Translations under genes and position numbers: made by a program
Shown: piece by piece, positions 11,881 to 24,181 of the stretch
Numbering within the stretch: the stretch's first letter is position 1
Layout of the letters: each line of letters starts with the position of its first letter
Assembly (NCBI GenBank): GCA_002269645.1
Contig: NIVC01001517.1
Span: 1 to 64,000, forward strand
Source of the DNA: Macrostomum lignano
Lineage: Eukaryota
DNA: 64,000 nucleotides
Direction of reading: 5' to 3'
Notes under the pieces: generated by a model
Told to the model about the DNA's origin: nothing
Seen by the model: the letters and a program-made list of their open reading frames with translations, nothing else
The model's database searches: none

Positions 11881-14710
11881 AAACTATAGCCTACTAACTG
11901 AATAATTTGTGACCAAACTATAGCCTACTAACTGAATAATTTGTGACCAACCTATAGCCTACTAACTGAATAATTTGTGACCAAACTATAGCCTACTAAC
12001 TGAATAATTTGTGACCAAACTATAGCCTACTAACTGAATAATTTGTGACCAAACTATAGCCTACTAACTGAATAATTTGTGACCAAACTATAGCCTACTA
12101 ACTGAATAATTTGTGACCAAACTATAGCCTACTAACTGAATAACTTGTGACCAAACTATAGCCTACTAACTGAATAATTTGTGACCAAACTATAGCCTAC
12201 TAACTGAATAATTTGTGACCAAACTATAGCCTACTAACTGAATAATTTGTGACCAAACTATAGCCTACTAACTGAATAATTTGTGACCAAACTATAGCCT
12301 ACTAACTGAATAATTTGTGACCAAACTATAGCCTACTAACTGAATAATTTGTGACCAAACTATAGCCTACTAACTGAATAATTTGTGACCAAACTATAGC
12401 CTACTAACTGAATAATTTGTGACCAAACTATAGCCTACTAACTGAATAATTTGTGACCAAACTATAGCCTACTAACTGAATAATTTGTGACCAAACTATA
12501 GCCTACTAACTGAATAATTTGTGACCAAACTATAGCCTACTAACTGAATAATTTGTGACCAAACTATAGCCTACTAACTGAATAATTTGTGACCAAACTA
12601 TAGCCTACTAACTGAATAATTTGTGACCAAACTATAGCCTACTAACTGAATAATTTGTGACCAAACTATAGCCTACTAACTGAATAATTTGTGACCAAAC
12701 TATAGCCTACTAACTGAATAATTTGTGACCAAACTATAGCCTACTAACTGAATAATTTGTGACCAAACTATAGCCTACTAACTGAATAATTTGTGACCAA
12801 ACTATAGCCTACTAACTGAATAATTTGTGACCAAACTATAGCCTACTAACTGAATAATTTGTGACCAAACTATAGCCTACTAACTGAATAATTTGTGACC
12901 AAACTATAGCCTACTAACTGAATAATTTGTGACCAAACTATAGCCTACTAACTGAATAATTTGTGACCAAACTATAGCCTACTAACTGAATAATTTGTGA
13001 CCAAACTATAGCCTACTAACTGAATAATTTGTGACCAAACTATAGCCTACTAACTGAATAACTTGTGACCAAACTATAGCCTACTAACTGAATAACTTGT
13101 GACCAAACTATAGCCTACTAACTGAATAATTTGTGACCAAACTATAGCCTACTAACTGAATAATTTGTGACCAAACTATAGCCTACTAACTGAATAATTT
13201 GTGACCAAACTATAGCCTACTAACTGAATAATTTGTGACCAAACTATAGCCTACTAACTGAATAATTTGTGACCAAACTATAGCCTACTAACTGAATAAT
13301 TTGTGACCAAACTATAGCCTACTAACTGAATAATTTGTGACCAAACTATAGCCTACTAACTGAATAATTTGTGACCAAACTATAGCCTACTAACTGAATA
13401 ATTTGTGACCAAACTATAGCCTACTAACTGAATAATTTGTGACCAAACTATAGCCTACTAACTGAATAATTTGTGACCAAACTATAGCCTACTAACTGAA
13501 TAATTTGTGACCAAACTATAGCCTACTAACTGAATAATTTGTGACCAAACTATAGCCTACTAACTGAATAATTTGTGACCAAACTATAGCCTACTAACTG
13601 AATAATTTGTGACCAAACTATAGCCTACTAACTGAATAATTTGTGACCAAACTATAGCCTACTAACTGAATAATTTGTGACCAAACTATAGCCTACTAAC
13701 TGAATAATTTGTGACCAAACTATAGCCTACTAACTGAATAATTTGTGACCAAACTATAGCCTACTAACTGAATAATTTGTGACCAAACTATAGCCTACTA
13801 ACTGAATAATTTGTGACCAAACTATAGCCTACTAACTGAATAATTTGTGACCAAACTATAGCCTACTAACTGAATAATTTGTGACCAAACTATAGCCTAC
13901 TAACTGAATAACTTGTGACCAAACTATAGCCTACTAACTGAATAACTTGTGACCAAACTATAGCCTACTAACTGAATAATTTGTGACCAAACTATAGCCT
14001 ACTAACTGAATAATTTGTGACCAAACTATAGCCTACTAACTGAATAATTTGTGACCAAACTATAGCCTACTAACTGAATAATTTGTGACCAAACTATAGC
14101 CTACTAACTGAATAATTTGTGACCAAACTATAGCCTACTAACTGAATAATTTGTGACCAAACTATAGCCTACTAACTGAATAACTTGTGACCAAACTATA
14201 GCCTACTAACTGAATAATTTGTGACCAAACTATAGCCTACTAACTGAATAATTTGTGACCAAACTATAGCCTACTAACTGAATAATTTGTGACCAAACTA
14301 TAGCCTACTAACTGAATAATTTGTGACCAAACTATAGCCTACTAACTGAATAACTTGTGACCAAACTATAGCCTACTAACTGAATAATTTGTGACCAAAC
14401 TATAGCCTACTAACTGAATAATTTGTGACCAAACTATAGCCTACTAACTGAATAATTTGTGACCAAACTATAGCCTACTAACTGAATAACTTGTGACCAA
14501 ACTATAGCCTACTAACTGAATAATTTGTGACCAAACTATAGCCTACTAACTGAATAATTTGTGACCAAACTATAGCCTACTAACTGAATAATTTGTGACC
14601 AAACTATAGCCTACTAACTGAATAATTTGTGACCAAACTATAACCTACTAACTGAATAACTTGTGACCAAACTATAGCCTACTAACTGAATAACTTGTGA
14701 CCAAACTATA
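11881..14710. repeat. 34-bp satellite (AAACTATAGCCTACTAACTGAATAATTTGTGACC) x ~83
   Basis: Period 34 (phase recurs after 1020 bp = 30 units). Almost no variation except TAATTT/TAACTT. Confidence 0.98.
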
Positions 14711-15269
14711 CCATCGCTGTTGACTATTGAAAGCTCGAAATAAAACCCCTGTGACTGCAGCACATAACTTTCCTCGAAATGTTCTAGTTTCTTAAAGTCG
14801 GGGTCAGATAGAATACCGTACGATGGTAGCTGCATGTAGAAAAGTTAGTTTTCAATCTACGAGTAAAATTAAAAGCTGCCTAATTAGGGAAACTACAACA
14901 TGTACGTATTGTATAAGTATTGATAGAATTTCAGAAATAAATTTTAGCAATTTAACTTGCTTTATTGAATTGTCACAGATCAGATGAATTATTGAAAATG
15001 AAGGGTATATTTTCAAAGGTGTACAAATTGACAGCATAAATTATCAATTAATGCTTCCTGTGTCATTTAAATCTGAAACACTAGCACAAAATTTATCACA
15101 GCAACACTGCTACATTAGATCAGGAGCCATAAAGTCCACCCATTTACAATTAAAGTTCTCAATTTATGAAAGCACAAAATATTTAAAAATAATTTGGCAC
15201 TACATGTCAAGCTTAAAAAACTTGAATAATTAAAATATTAGGCCTGCTCAATGTTCTCAGCGCTCTCAC

Positions 15270-15740
15270 ATCTAGTCCCCTCTCTCCTCTCCTCTCATCT
15301 TCTCTTATCTTTCCTCTCCTCTCTCCTCTTTCTCTCCTCTCTCCTCACTCATCTTCTCCTCTCCTCTCTCATCTTCTTCTCCTCTCCTCTCTCATCTTCT
15401 TCTCCTCTCCTCTCTCATCTTCTTCTCCTCTCCTCTCTCATCTTCTTCTCCTCTCCTCTCTCATCTTCTTCTCCTCTCCTCTCTCATCTTCTTCTCCTCT
15501 CCTCTCTCATCTTCTTCTCCTCTCCTCTCTCATCTTCTTCTCCTCTCCTCTCTCCTCTTTCTCTCCTCTCTCCTCACTCATCTTCTCCTCTCCTCTCTCA
15601 TCTTCTTCTCCTCTCCTCTCTCATCTTCTTCTCCTCTCCTCTCTCATCTTCTTCTCCTCTCCTCTCTCATCTTCTTCTCCTCTCCTCTCTCATCTTCTTC
15701 TCCTCTCCTCTCTCATCTTCTTCTCCTCTCCTCTCTCCTG
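15270..15740. repeat. Polypyrimidine 23-bp repeat (TCTCATCTTCTTCTCCTCTCCTC)n
   Basis: Visible; source of the spurious Leu/Ser ORF 15251-15859. Confidence 0.9.
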
Positions 15741-16202
15741 TCATCTTTTTCTCATGTACAAAAACGATTTTGTTTAATAAGCATTTATTCCTTCGTGCAT
15801 TATTCAAATTGGCCGATGCTTTCTTTGACAGCCGTGTGAATGAGCCTTTAGCCTTCTAAAAAACTTGAGCACCAAAACAGAACTAAACAGTGCATTGTGC
15901 AACCTCAGAGCCGATAAAAGATTAGCTAAAAATCAATTATTAAAACCGAAAATAGTTGAGTAACCGAAGACCCTGGAGTTATAAATTATTCAGCATGACA
16001 TCGATTAGCTGGCTGGGTGTGAGCCTGGAATTTGAATAAAAGATTATAACAATATAAAACAGTGAAGATTTATATAATACAAAAATGTAAAATAATGCAG
16101 GAATTTACACTCTAATCACTTTATCAGACAAAACGGCTGGCATATGGACATGTCACTACGAGCTAAATCGTATTATAAGCTACTGAAAGTAATAATAGTT
16201 GA

Positions 16203-16445
16203 TAACACCTGCCCTAATAGGAAATTGTGCAACCGACAGCTCAGCCGCAGCTATCCGCGGCGCATCTGAAGGCTGCGTACGGCTGTTCAGTCCAAGGACT
16301 GGGGGGTCGCCACACACAGCCTCAATTACCCCAGCTAATGCTGGCACCCATTTTACAGCTGGGTGAACTGAAGCAATGCAGAGTGGAATCGGGAATCGAA
16401 CCCGCGACCTTCAAGTCGTGAGGCTGACGCTCTGACCACTAGGCT
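16203..16445 (-). mobile_element. SINE family 1 copy b
   Basis: Shares an ~80-bp identical stretch with copy c in opposite orientation; B-box complement GAATCGAACCC present. Confidence 0.85.
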
Positions 16446-16597
16446 AGTAGTACTTTTCTAGATCAAAAGGCTACTTGAAAGCTTTGGCAATAATTATCAG
16501 AACAAGAAGCCGAGTGAGCAATGAAATAATCAATATTTATAAATTCCGCAATATAAATCATCTCCGAATTCCAAGTTGCAGAACAAGCAAGCTCCAG

Positions 16598-19500
16598 TCA
16601 CACCAGCACCCAGTCAGACAGCAGGCCGTCCTCACCAGCGCTGGCTCCGCTGATGCCGCGCGGCAGCAGCTCGGCCGCATCGGCCAGGGCCAGCGAGACC
16701 ACCGCAAAGGCGGCCACACAGCGGTCCATCTCGGCCGGGTCCTGCACGGTCATCATGTCGCCTTCGCTATGGTGAAAGTAAAAATAAAAATCATCCGGCT
16801 GGCCGGCCCGTTTCGTCAGCAGGTCGCCAACTGGGACGCCGGACTTTGCCCACACCGTGATGTCGGGTCCGTCTGTCGAAGGCACCAGGGTGGTGGCGCC
16901 GATGGGTTCAAGGAGGTTCAGCACCTGCTGATAGGCCGATCGGGTGGCCTCGGATCCCGAGCAGGTGGTGCCGATGGGCCTGAATGTGGAATTAAAAATT
17001 TTAAGCATGTTTAGTAAAGTTTAAAGTAAGCCCAGTGGTCAGAGCGTCGGACTCATGACTTGAAGGTCGCGGGTTCGATTCCCAATCTAAACTAGAACAA
17101 TTTGTGTCCTTTGAGCAAGACACTTAACTCTCTGCAAATGGGTGCCAGCATTAGCTGGGGTAATTGAGGGTGTGTGTGGCGACCTCCCCCCCAGTCCTTG
17201 GACTGAACAGCCGTACGCAGCCTTCAGATGCGCCGCGGATAGCTGCGGCTGAGCTGTCGGTTGCACATCTGGCCCATTAGGGCAGGTGTAATCAATTATT
17301 TTTTCAGTTGCCTTAATTGAGGGTTTTAAGGGCGCCCTACTTAAGGGCGAGCTTCTAATGATTGATGTTAGCACAGGTGTCCCCAAACTCACTGCCGGCA
17401 TTTTATAGACATTAGCTAAAGATGCGCGGGCCGCAAAAAGTGCATAAAAGGTGTGCAATAAAAATAAAACTCAGATCAAGAAGCAACTGCAGTCCAAATA
17501 GCCGCACACGCACCCAAAAGTGCCGCTGTCCGATTCCAGCATAAAGGAGATTTTATCAGCCAGTTCGGCCTTGTGCCGCTCATAGTAGGCATTGCCGCCC
17601 AGAATGCCGAATTCCTCACCGGAGAACAGCACCAACCGGATGGTGCGCCTGGGCCGCAGCCCCATCTCCAGCAGGGTGCGCACCGACTGCATGGCGCAGA
17701 AGGCGCCGCCGCCATCGTCCATGGCGCCCTGCGAATGGAAAAACAAATTAATAATCAATTAGCAAAGCAGAACAACTTTGTGGCTGATTAGGATTCATTC
17801 AAATTCATTTGGGGCTTGTTTCCATGAAAATTGGCTCTTAGATTGTCGTGCCATGACGGCCAAACCCCAAGACCTAGAGAATGTACATGTCTAACGCTGT
17901 GCACCCTGTGTGAGTCAGTGGTTTGAGCGTCGGACTGAAAGATCGGAGGTTCGATTTGTGTCCTTTAGGCAACACGCTAAACTCTGCATTGCTTCAGTTC
18001 ACCCAGCTGTACAATGGGTGCCAGCATTAGCTGGGGTAATTGAGGCTGTGTGGCGACCCCCACCCCCAGTCCTTGGACTGAACAGCCGTACGCAGCCTTC
18101 AGATGCCGCCACACAATAGCCATTAGGGCAGGTGTAATCTATAATTATCAATTATTATTACAATGCAGTGCTCAGGGTCAACTTCGCCGAAGGCATTTTT
18201 TTGTACTCAGACCAAACAGACCAGGATAACAGCAAACTCAACCTGGGCTTACTCTGGGACTGCTCAAGAAGATCGGGACTCTACTATGGTTCTTGGGAAA
18301 TCTTGATTTTTACAGGAAAAATGCCATTTCTTTTGGTAAGGCAGAACCAGTGTTCATCTTTTGATTTGCTGTGCCTTTCTTACAGCTCTATCGACATTCA
18401 AGAAGCTTTTTGTTCAGAAAATTGGGATTCTATGTTAATTTTATTTTCTGCACCTTAAAATCATAAAAATGCATGGCACAACCTAACTAACTGGTTTTAT
18501 GAATCCATTTCATCATTCTTAGCTGACTATGTAACAGAGATGATTTCTCGCTACAGGAACGAATGTACATTACATAGAATAAAGAATTAACATAGAATTC
18601 TAATTTTCTAAACAAAAAGCTTTATGAATATCGATAGAGCAATAAGAAAGGCAGAACATTATAAGAAAGAAATAATAATAAGAAATAATAAGAAAGGCTC
18701 AAAGGAACTCAAAACAATAAAAATTGTGTACAAAACCAACCGTACCTGTCCGACATCCCAAGAGTCGATGTGGCCGCAGACCACAACCAGCTCCTGCGGC
18801 TTCTCGCTACCTTCCAAGTCGGCAACGATATTGCGCGACTCCTGAACGCCTGCGGAGCCGCAGGACATGCGCAGCCGGACGCGAACTTTGTCGCCCCGTC
18901 TGGAAAATAGTAGATAGAAAATCTGGCCATTCCGCAGACTCCTGTGCACACAGTACTGTACGCAGGCACGGCACTCATGCACACGCTCACCCAGGATGTA
19001 CTCGTACATTGGTCCACGCACAGGGGCACACGAGCTCCAAGCTAATGTGGCCGCCCACAGAATGAACCAGGGCTCGTAGCGCGAGAGTCAGACGCGTTTA
19101 CCGCTAAGCTGCTCTGCCATCTGACAGACAGACTCAGACAGACTCAGACACACTCAGACAGACTCAGATAGACCCAGACAGACTCAGACAGACTCAGACA
19201 GACTCAGACAGACTCAGACAGACTCAGGCAGACTCAGACAGACTCAGACAGGCTCAGACAGACTCAGACGGGCTCAGACACACTCAGACAGACTCAGACA
19301 GACTCAGACAGACTCAGACAGACTCAGACAGACTCAGACAGGCTCAGACAGGCTCAGACACACTCAGAAACACTCAGACAGACTCAGACAGACTCAGACA
19401 CACTCAGACAGAATCAGACAGACTCAGACAGGCTCAGACAGACTCAGACAGACGCAGACAGACTCAGACAGACTCAGACAGACTCAGACAGACTCAGACA

Positions 19501-21448
19501 GACTCAGACAGACTCAGACAGGCTCAGACAGACTCAGACACACTCAGACAGACTCAGACAGACTCAGACAGACTCAGACAGGCTCAGACAGACTCAGACG
19601 GGCTCAGACACACTCAGACAGACTCAGACAGACTCAGACAGACTCAGACAGACTCAGACAGACTCAGACAGACTCAGACAGGCTCAGACAGGCTCAGACA
19701 CACTCAGAAACACTCAGACAGACTCAGACAGACTCAGACAGACTCAGACACACTCAGACAGACTCAGACAGACTCAGACAGACTCAGACAGGCTCAGACA
19801 GACTCAGACGGGCTCAGACACACTCAGACAGACTCAGATAGACCCAGACAGACTCAGACAGACTCAGACAGACTCAGACAGACTCAGACAGACTCAGATA
19901 GACTCAGACAGACTCAGACAGACTCAGACAGACTCAGATAGACCCAGACAGACAGACTCAGACAGACTCAGAAAGGCTCAGACATACTCAGACAGACTCA
20001 GACAGACTCAGACAGACTCAGACAGACTCAGACAGACTCAGACAGACTCAGACAGACTCAGACAGACTCAGACAGACTCAGACAGACTCAGACAGACTCA
20101 GACAGACTCAGACAGACTCAGACAGGCTCAGACAGACTCAGAAAGGCTCAGACGGACTCAGACAGACTCAGACAGACTCAGATAGACTCAGACAGACTCA
20201 GACAGACTCAGACAGACCCAGACAGACAGACCGACTCAGACAGACTCAGACAGACTCAGATAGACCCAGACAGACTCAGACAGACTCAGACAGACTCAGA
20301 CAGACTCAGACAGACTCAGACAGACTCAGACAGACTCAGATAGACCCAGACAGACAGACTCAGACAGACTCAGAAAGGCTCAGACGGACTCAGACAGACT
20401 CAGACAGACTCAGACAGACTCAGACAGACTCAGATAGACCCAGACAGACTCAGACAGACTCAGACAGACTCAGACAGACTCAGACAGACTCAGATAGACC
20501 CAGACAGACTCAGACAGACTCAGACAGACTCAGATAGACCCAGACAGACTCAGACAGACTCAGACAGACTCAGACAGACTCAGACAGACTCAGACAGACC
20601 CAGATAGACCCAGACAGACTCAGACAGACTCAGACAGACTCAGACAGACTCAGACAGACTCAGACAGACTCAGATAGACCCAGACAGACAGACTCAGACA
20701 GACTCAGACAGACTCAGACAGACTCAGATAGACCCAGACAGACAGACTCAGACAGACTCAGAAAGGCTCAGACGGACTCAGACAGACTCAGACAGACTCA
20801 GACAGACTCAGACAGACTCAGACAGACTCAGATAGACCCAGACAGACTCAGACAGACTCAGACAGACTCAGACAGACTCAGACAGACTCAGACAGACTCA
20901 GATAGACCCAGACAGACAGACTCAGACAGACTCAGAAAGGCTCAGACGGACTCAGACAGACTCAGACAGACTCAGACAGACTCAGACAGACCCAGACAGA
21001 CTCAGACAGACTCAGACAGACTCAGACAGACTCAGATAGACCCAGACAGACTCAGACAGACTCAGACAGACTCAGATAGACCCAGACAGACTCAGACAGA
21101 CTCAGACAGACTCAGACAGACTCAGACAGACTCAGACAGACTCAGACAGACTCAGACAGACTCAGACAGACTCAGATAGACTCAGATAGACTCAGACAGG
21201 CTCAGACAGACTCAGACAGACTCAGACAGACTCAGACAGACTCAGACAGACTCAGACAGACTCAGACAGACTCAGACAGACTCAGACAGACTCAGACAGA
21301 CTCAGACAGACTCAGACAGACTCAGACAGGCTCAGACACACTCAGACAGACTCAGACAGACTCAGACAGACTCAGATAGACCCAGATAGACAGACCGACT
21401 CAGAAAGGCTCAGACGGACTCAGACAGACGACAGAATCAGACAGACTC

Positions 21449-21481
<33 letters not shown>

Positions 21482-22680
21482 GCCAGACAGACAGTCTGTC
21501 GGGAAGCAAAGGTGGCACTGCCACTCACTTGTAGATGCGGTGCATCAGCTCGGCGTCTTCAACGGTGATGCAGCAGGCGGGAATCTGGACAGGCAGGCCG
21601 GGCTCGTACTCCTGCATGCCGGTGTGCGGCGAGCCAATGGAAAACGGCGTCACGGAGCGAATGAGGGCGGCTACGGCGCCGTACTTGGAAGCGCGACTGG
21701 CGCCGTCTGTTCTGTACTGGACAGACACGCCGTAGCCCTTGTACAGCTGGTTGTACACGACTATCTTGCCGGATATGCCAGCTTTGCCCAGCCTGTCCAG
21801 CTCGTTGAAGCTCTCCACGACAACGCAGTCGGCCTCGATGCTGCCATCGGCGCTGTCAGAAGCCGCGGCGGTGCCAACCGAGGAGCCGAGGCTGAGCATG
21901 GGCAGCCGCTTGCTCAGCGGAGCCACGAGCTCGGCAGATTCGGCACCTCGCTGCCAGCCTTCGAAGCTGAATGACTCGGTGTGCACCTGGGGAGAGCGGG
22001 GCAAGTCTCAGTTTTATCTGAGATTTGAGACTTCGAGCTAGGGTCTATGTTGACATTGATGTTGGTATGTTGGGGGTTGTGGCCTAGTGGTCAAAGCGTC
22101 GGACTTCTGACTTAAAGGTCGGGGTTCGATTCTCGACTCACTACTCGGAACATTCTGTGTCCTTGGGCAAGACACTTAACTCTCTGCATTCATGCTTCAG
22201 TTCACCCAGCTGTAAAATGGGTGCCAGCATTAGCTGGGATAATCGAGGGTGTGTGTGTGGCGACCCCCAGTCCTTGGACTGAACAGCCGTATGTAGCCTT
22301 CAGCTGCAGCTGAGCTGTCAGTTGCACATTTGCCCATTAGGGCAGGTGTAATTAATTATTATTATGGCATCCCGAGACACGAATCTTGACCCTGGATGCT
22401 GTTTAAGTCAAGTTCCATATTTTCTGTAATTATCATCACATTATGCCAAAAGGCATTAAAAACCCCAGTTAACAAATCGCCAAACCTTCAAGCTCCCAAG
22501 AGACTCCAGTTCTGACACAAGATGGCTGATGGCATCTTCTAACCGTTGGGTGCCCACTTTTCTAGAGCCAAAGCGGTCAACAAAAGTGGCCAGGTTTTTA
22601 TAAGCCTTGCCAGAGCCGTCACCTTTGGTCACATAGTCAATTATCTGACTGTAGACTGGATCTAAATTTTGCTTAGTTGA
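16598..22680 (-). CDS. CPQ: Carboxypeptidase Q (plasma glutamate carboxypeptidase, peptidase M28); exons 22680-22486, 21986-21529, 18899-18746, 17728-17514, 16979-16598; signal-peptide exon not located
   Basis: DRFGSRKVGT, VHTESFSFEGWQRGAESA, YGAVAALIRSVTPFSIGSPHTG, CITVEDAELMHR, VCGHIDSWDVGQ|GAMDDGGG, LFSGEEFG, MLESDSGTF and YFHHSEGDMM match CPQ and its Zn ligands. All four junctions are GT-AG and phase-consistent. Confidence 0.93.
17028..17300 (+). mobile_element. SINE family 1 copy c
   Basis: tRNA-like head GCCCAGTGGTCAGAGCGTCGGACT...GGTTCGATTCCC, then GTGTCCTTTGAGCAAGACACTTAACTC and a 3' end GCAGGTGTAATCAATTATT. Confidence 0.85.
17912..18140 (+). mobile_element. SINE family 1 copy d (internally deleted)
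   Basis: Same head, CORE-like and tail blocks as the other copies, with deletions. Confidence 0.75.
19121..21480. repeat. 10-bp satellite (GACTCAGACA)n, ~2.35 kb, inside a CPQ intron
   Basis: Visible; fills most of the intron at 18900-21528. Confidence 0.97.
22073..22365 (+). mobile_element. SINE family 1 copy e (most complete)
   Basis: A box TGGCCTAGTGG, B box GGTTCGATTC, and CORE-like CCTTGGGCAAGACACTTAACTCTC...CAGCTGTAAAATGGG. Confidence 0.88.
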
Positions 22681-24181
22681 CTGATAGCCACCATACATGA
22701 TTATAAGCTCTAAAGGCTATTTATGCAAACTGTAATAGATGTGTAAAATGAACAATTTATAAATAAAAGCACTTATAAAACAGGACTTTCCCTTGCTTTA
22801 GGAAGTAAAAATGTATCAATGTTCATTGAAACCTTATCAGTTGATAAAAATGAATTTTATTGAAATATATATTAAATCATTTAGAATCAATAAATTATGT
22901 ATTTTAATGCTATTTAAATTAATAGTGCTGTTTAATCATTTTATTCCTTATGGATATAACAAAATCCTAGTCTAGGTTTTTTGGGCCATACAGGGGTTTT
23001 CGGTCCCTTGAAAATTTCATTGGCAACTGGATTTTTGGTATTCGAGACCAATCTGGCAACTTTATTTCCCCCAATCCAGTTGCCTTTTTAAAAAAAGGAT
23101 TTTGTAGGTGTAATAAAAGTGCCATAAAAATTGGTATAATGGAATTGTTAGTTTGTTATTGTTTGCAGTATAGATAGCAATTTTATAGTTGAGAGAACCA
23201 ATTTCTGCTCTTCAAATGTAGCATTGGAAATATCCATCCTTGAGAATTTGGCTAGTTGCCAATGGCAACCAAAAATAGCCATTGGCAATTGAATTTTAAG
23301 CCAAAAGGGCTAGTTGGCAACTGGATTTCCAATCTTAAAAAAAACCCAGATCCTAGTGCTATGGAAGTCATACTAGATAGTTTGTCAGACAAGTTTGGTC
23401 TATTTTCTATTTATAATAGCATTAGACTAGGTGCTTAAGACTAGCCTATCTGATTTACATGTGGATGCTAGCAATGGCATCTCACTTAAACCCTGCATGA
23501 GTTGGCAATGTCCAAAGAAATATCTCTGTGCTTAGCCTCAAGATAACCTCTATTTTTATTTTAAAGTTAAAATGCTCAATGATAGCTAGATAGCTTGACA
23601 AAAGTGTCAAAAAGAGCCAACCTCATGCTGAAAATATGTAGAAGACTAAAGTCTTGATTAGATCATGTACCAAGATGCTATTAAGAATAAGACCCTTTTT
23701 TCTACAATTGCATTCTAAACTTATGCATTTCTATATACTTTTATAGATTTATGCTAGAAATTTTCTATAGCATGGGCTAGCTAGGCTGTCTTATACTTAG
23801 TGCACTTGCTAGGGGGCCTATTATGATTTTTTGTGATATAAGGCTCTTAATGATAGGACCAAGGCAGCCACTGCGACTGTTCTACTTTAGTACATTATTT
23901 TAAGACTGGCAGTTTGGGTTGGGCCTAATACCTAAAAATAGCTAGATGTTGCACACTAAAATATCATACCCAGAATTTGGTATGCACTATAGCCTAGGCC
24001 TGTCCTATAGGCAAGATCATGTCAACTATGCGCTAGAACATTTTTTCATTTTTTTCATTTTTCATGCACTACAACTATGCCACTTATGCTATATGTGCCA
24101 ATGTAATATATTAAACTAAAAAAGCTTCTGCATGCCAGAATTCTCTAGGAAAAATAATAGCATCTTGAGTGTGGAGCCTGC

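Noticed and set aside
11881-14710. CRISPR-like array (34-bp repeat)
   Set aside because: Units are head-to-tail with no unique spacers and no cas genes; the context is eukaryotic.
22073-22145. tRNA genes at SINE heads (also 17030, 27886, 37723)
   Set aside because: A and B boxes are present, but there is no complete cloverleaf or acceptor stem, and each continues into a shared repeat body.
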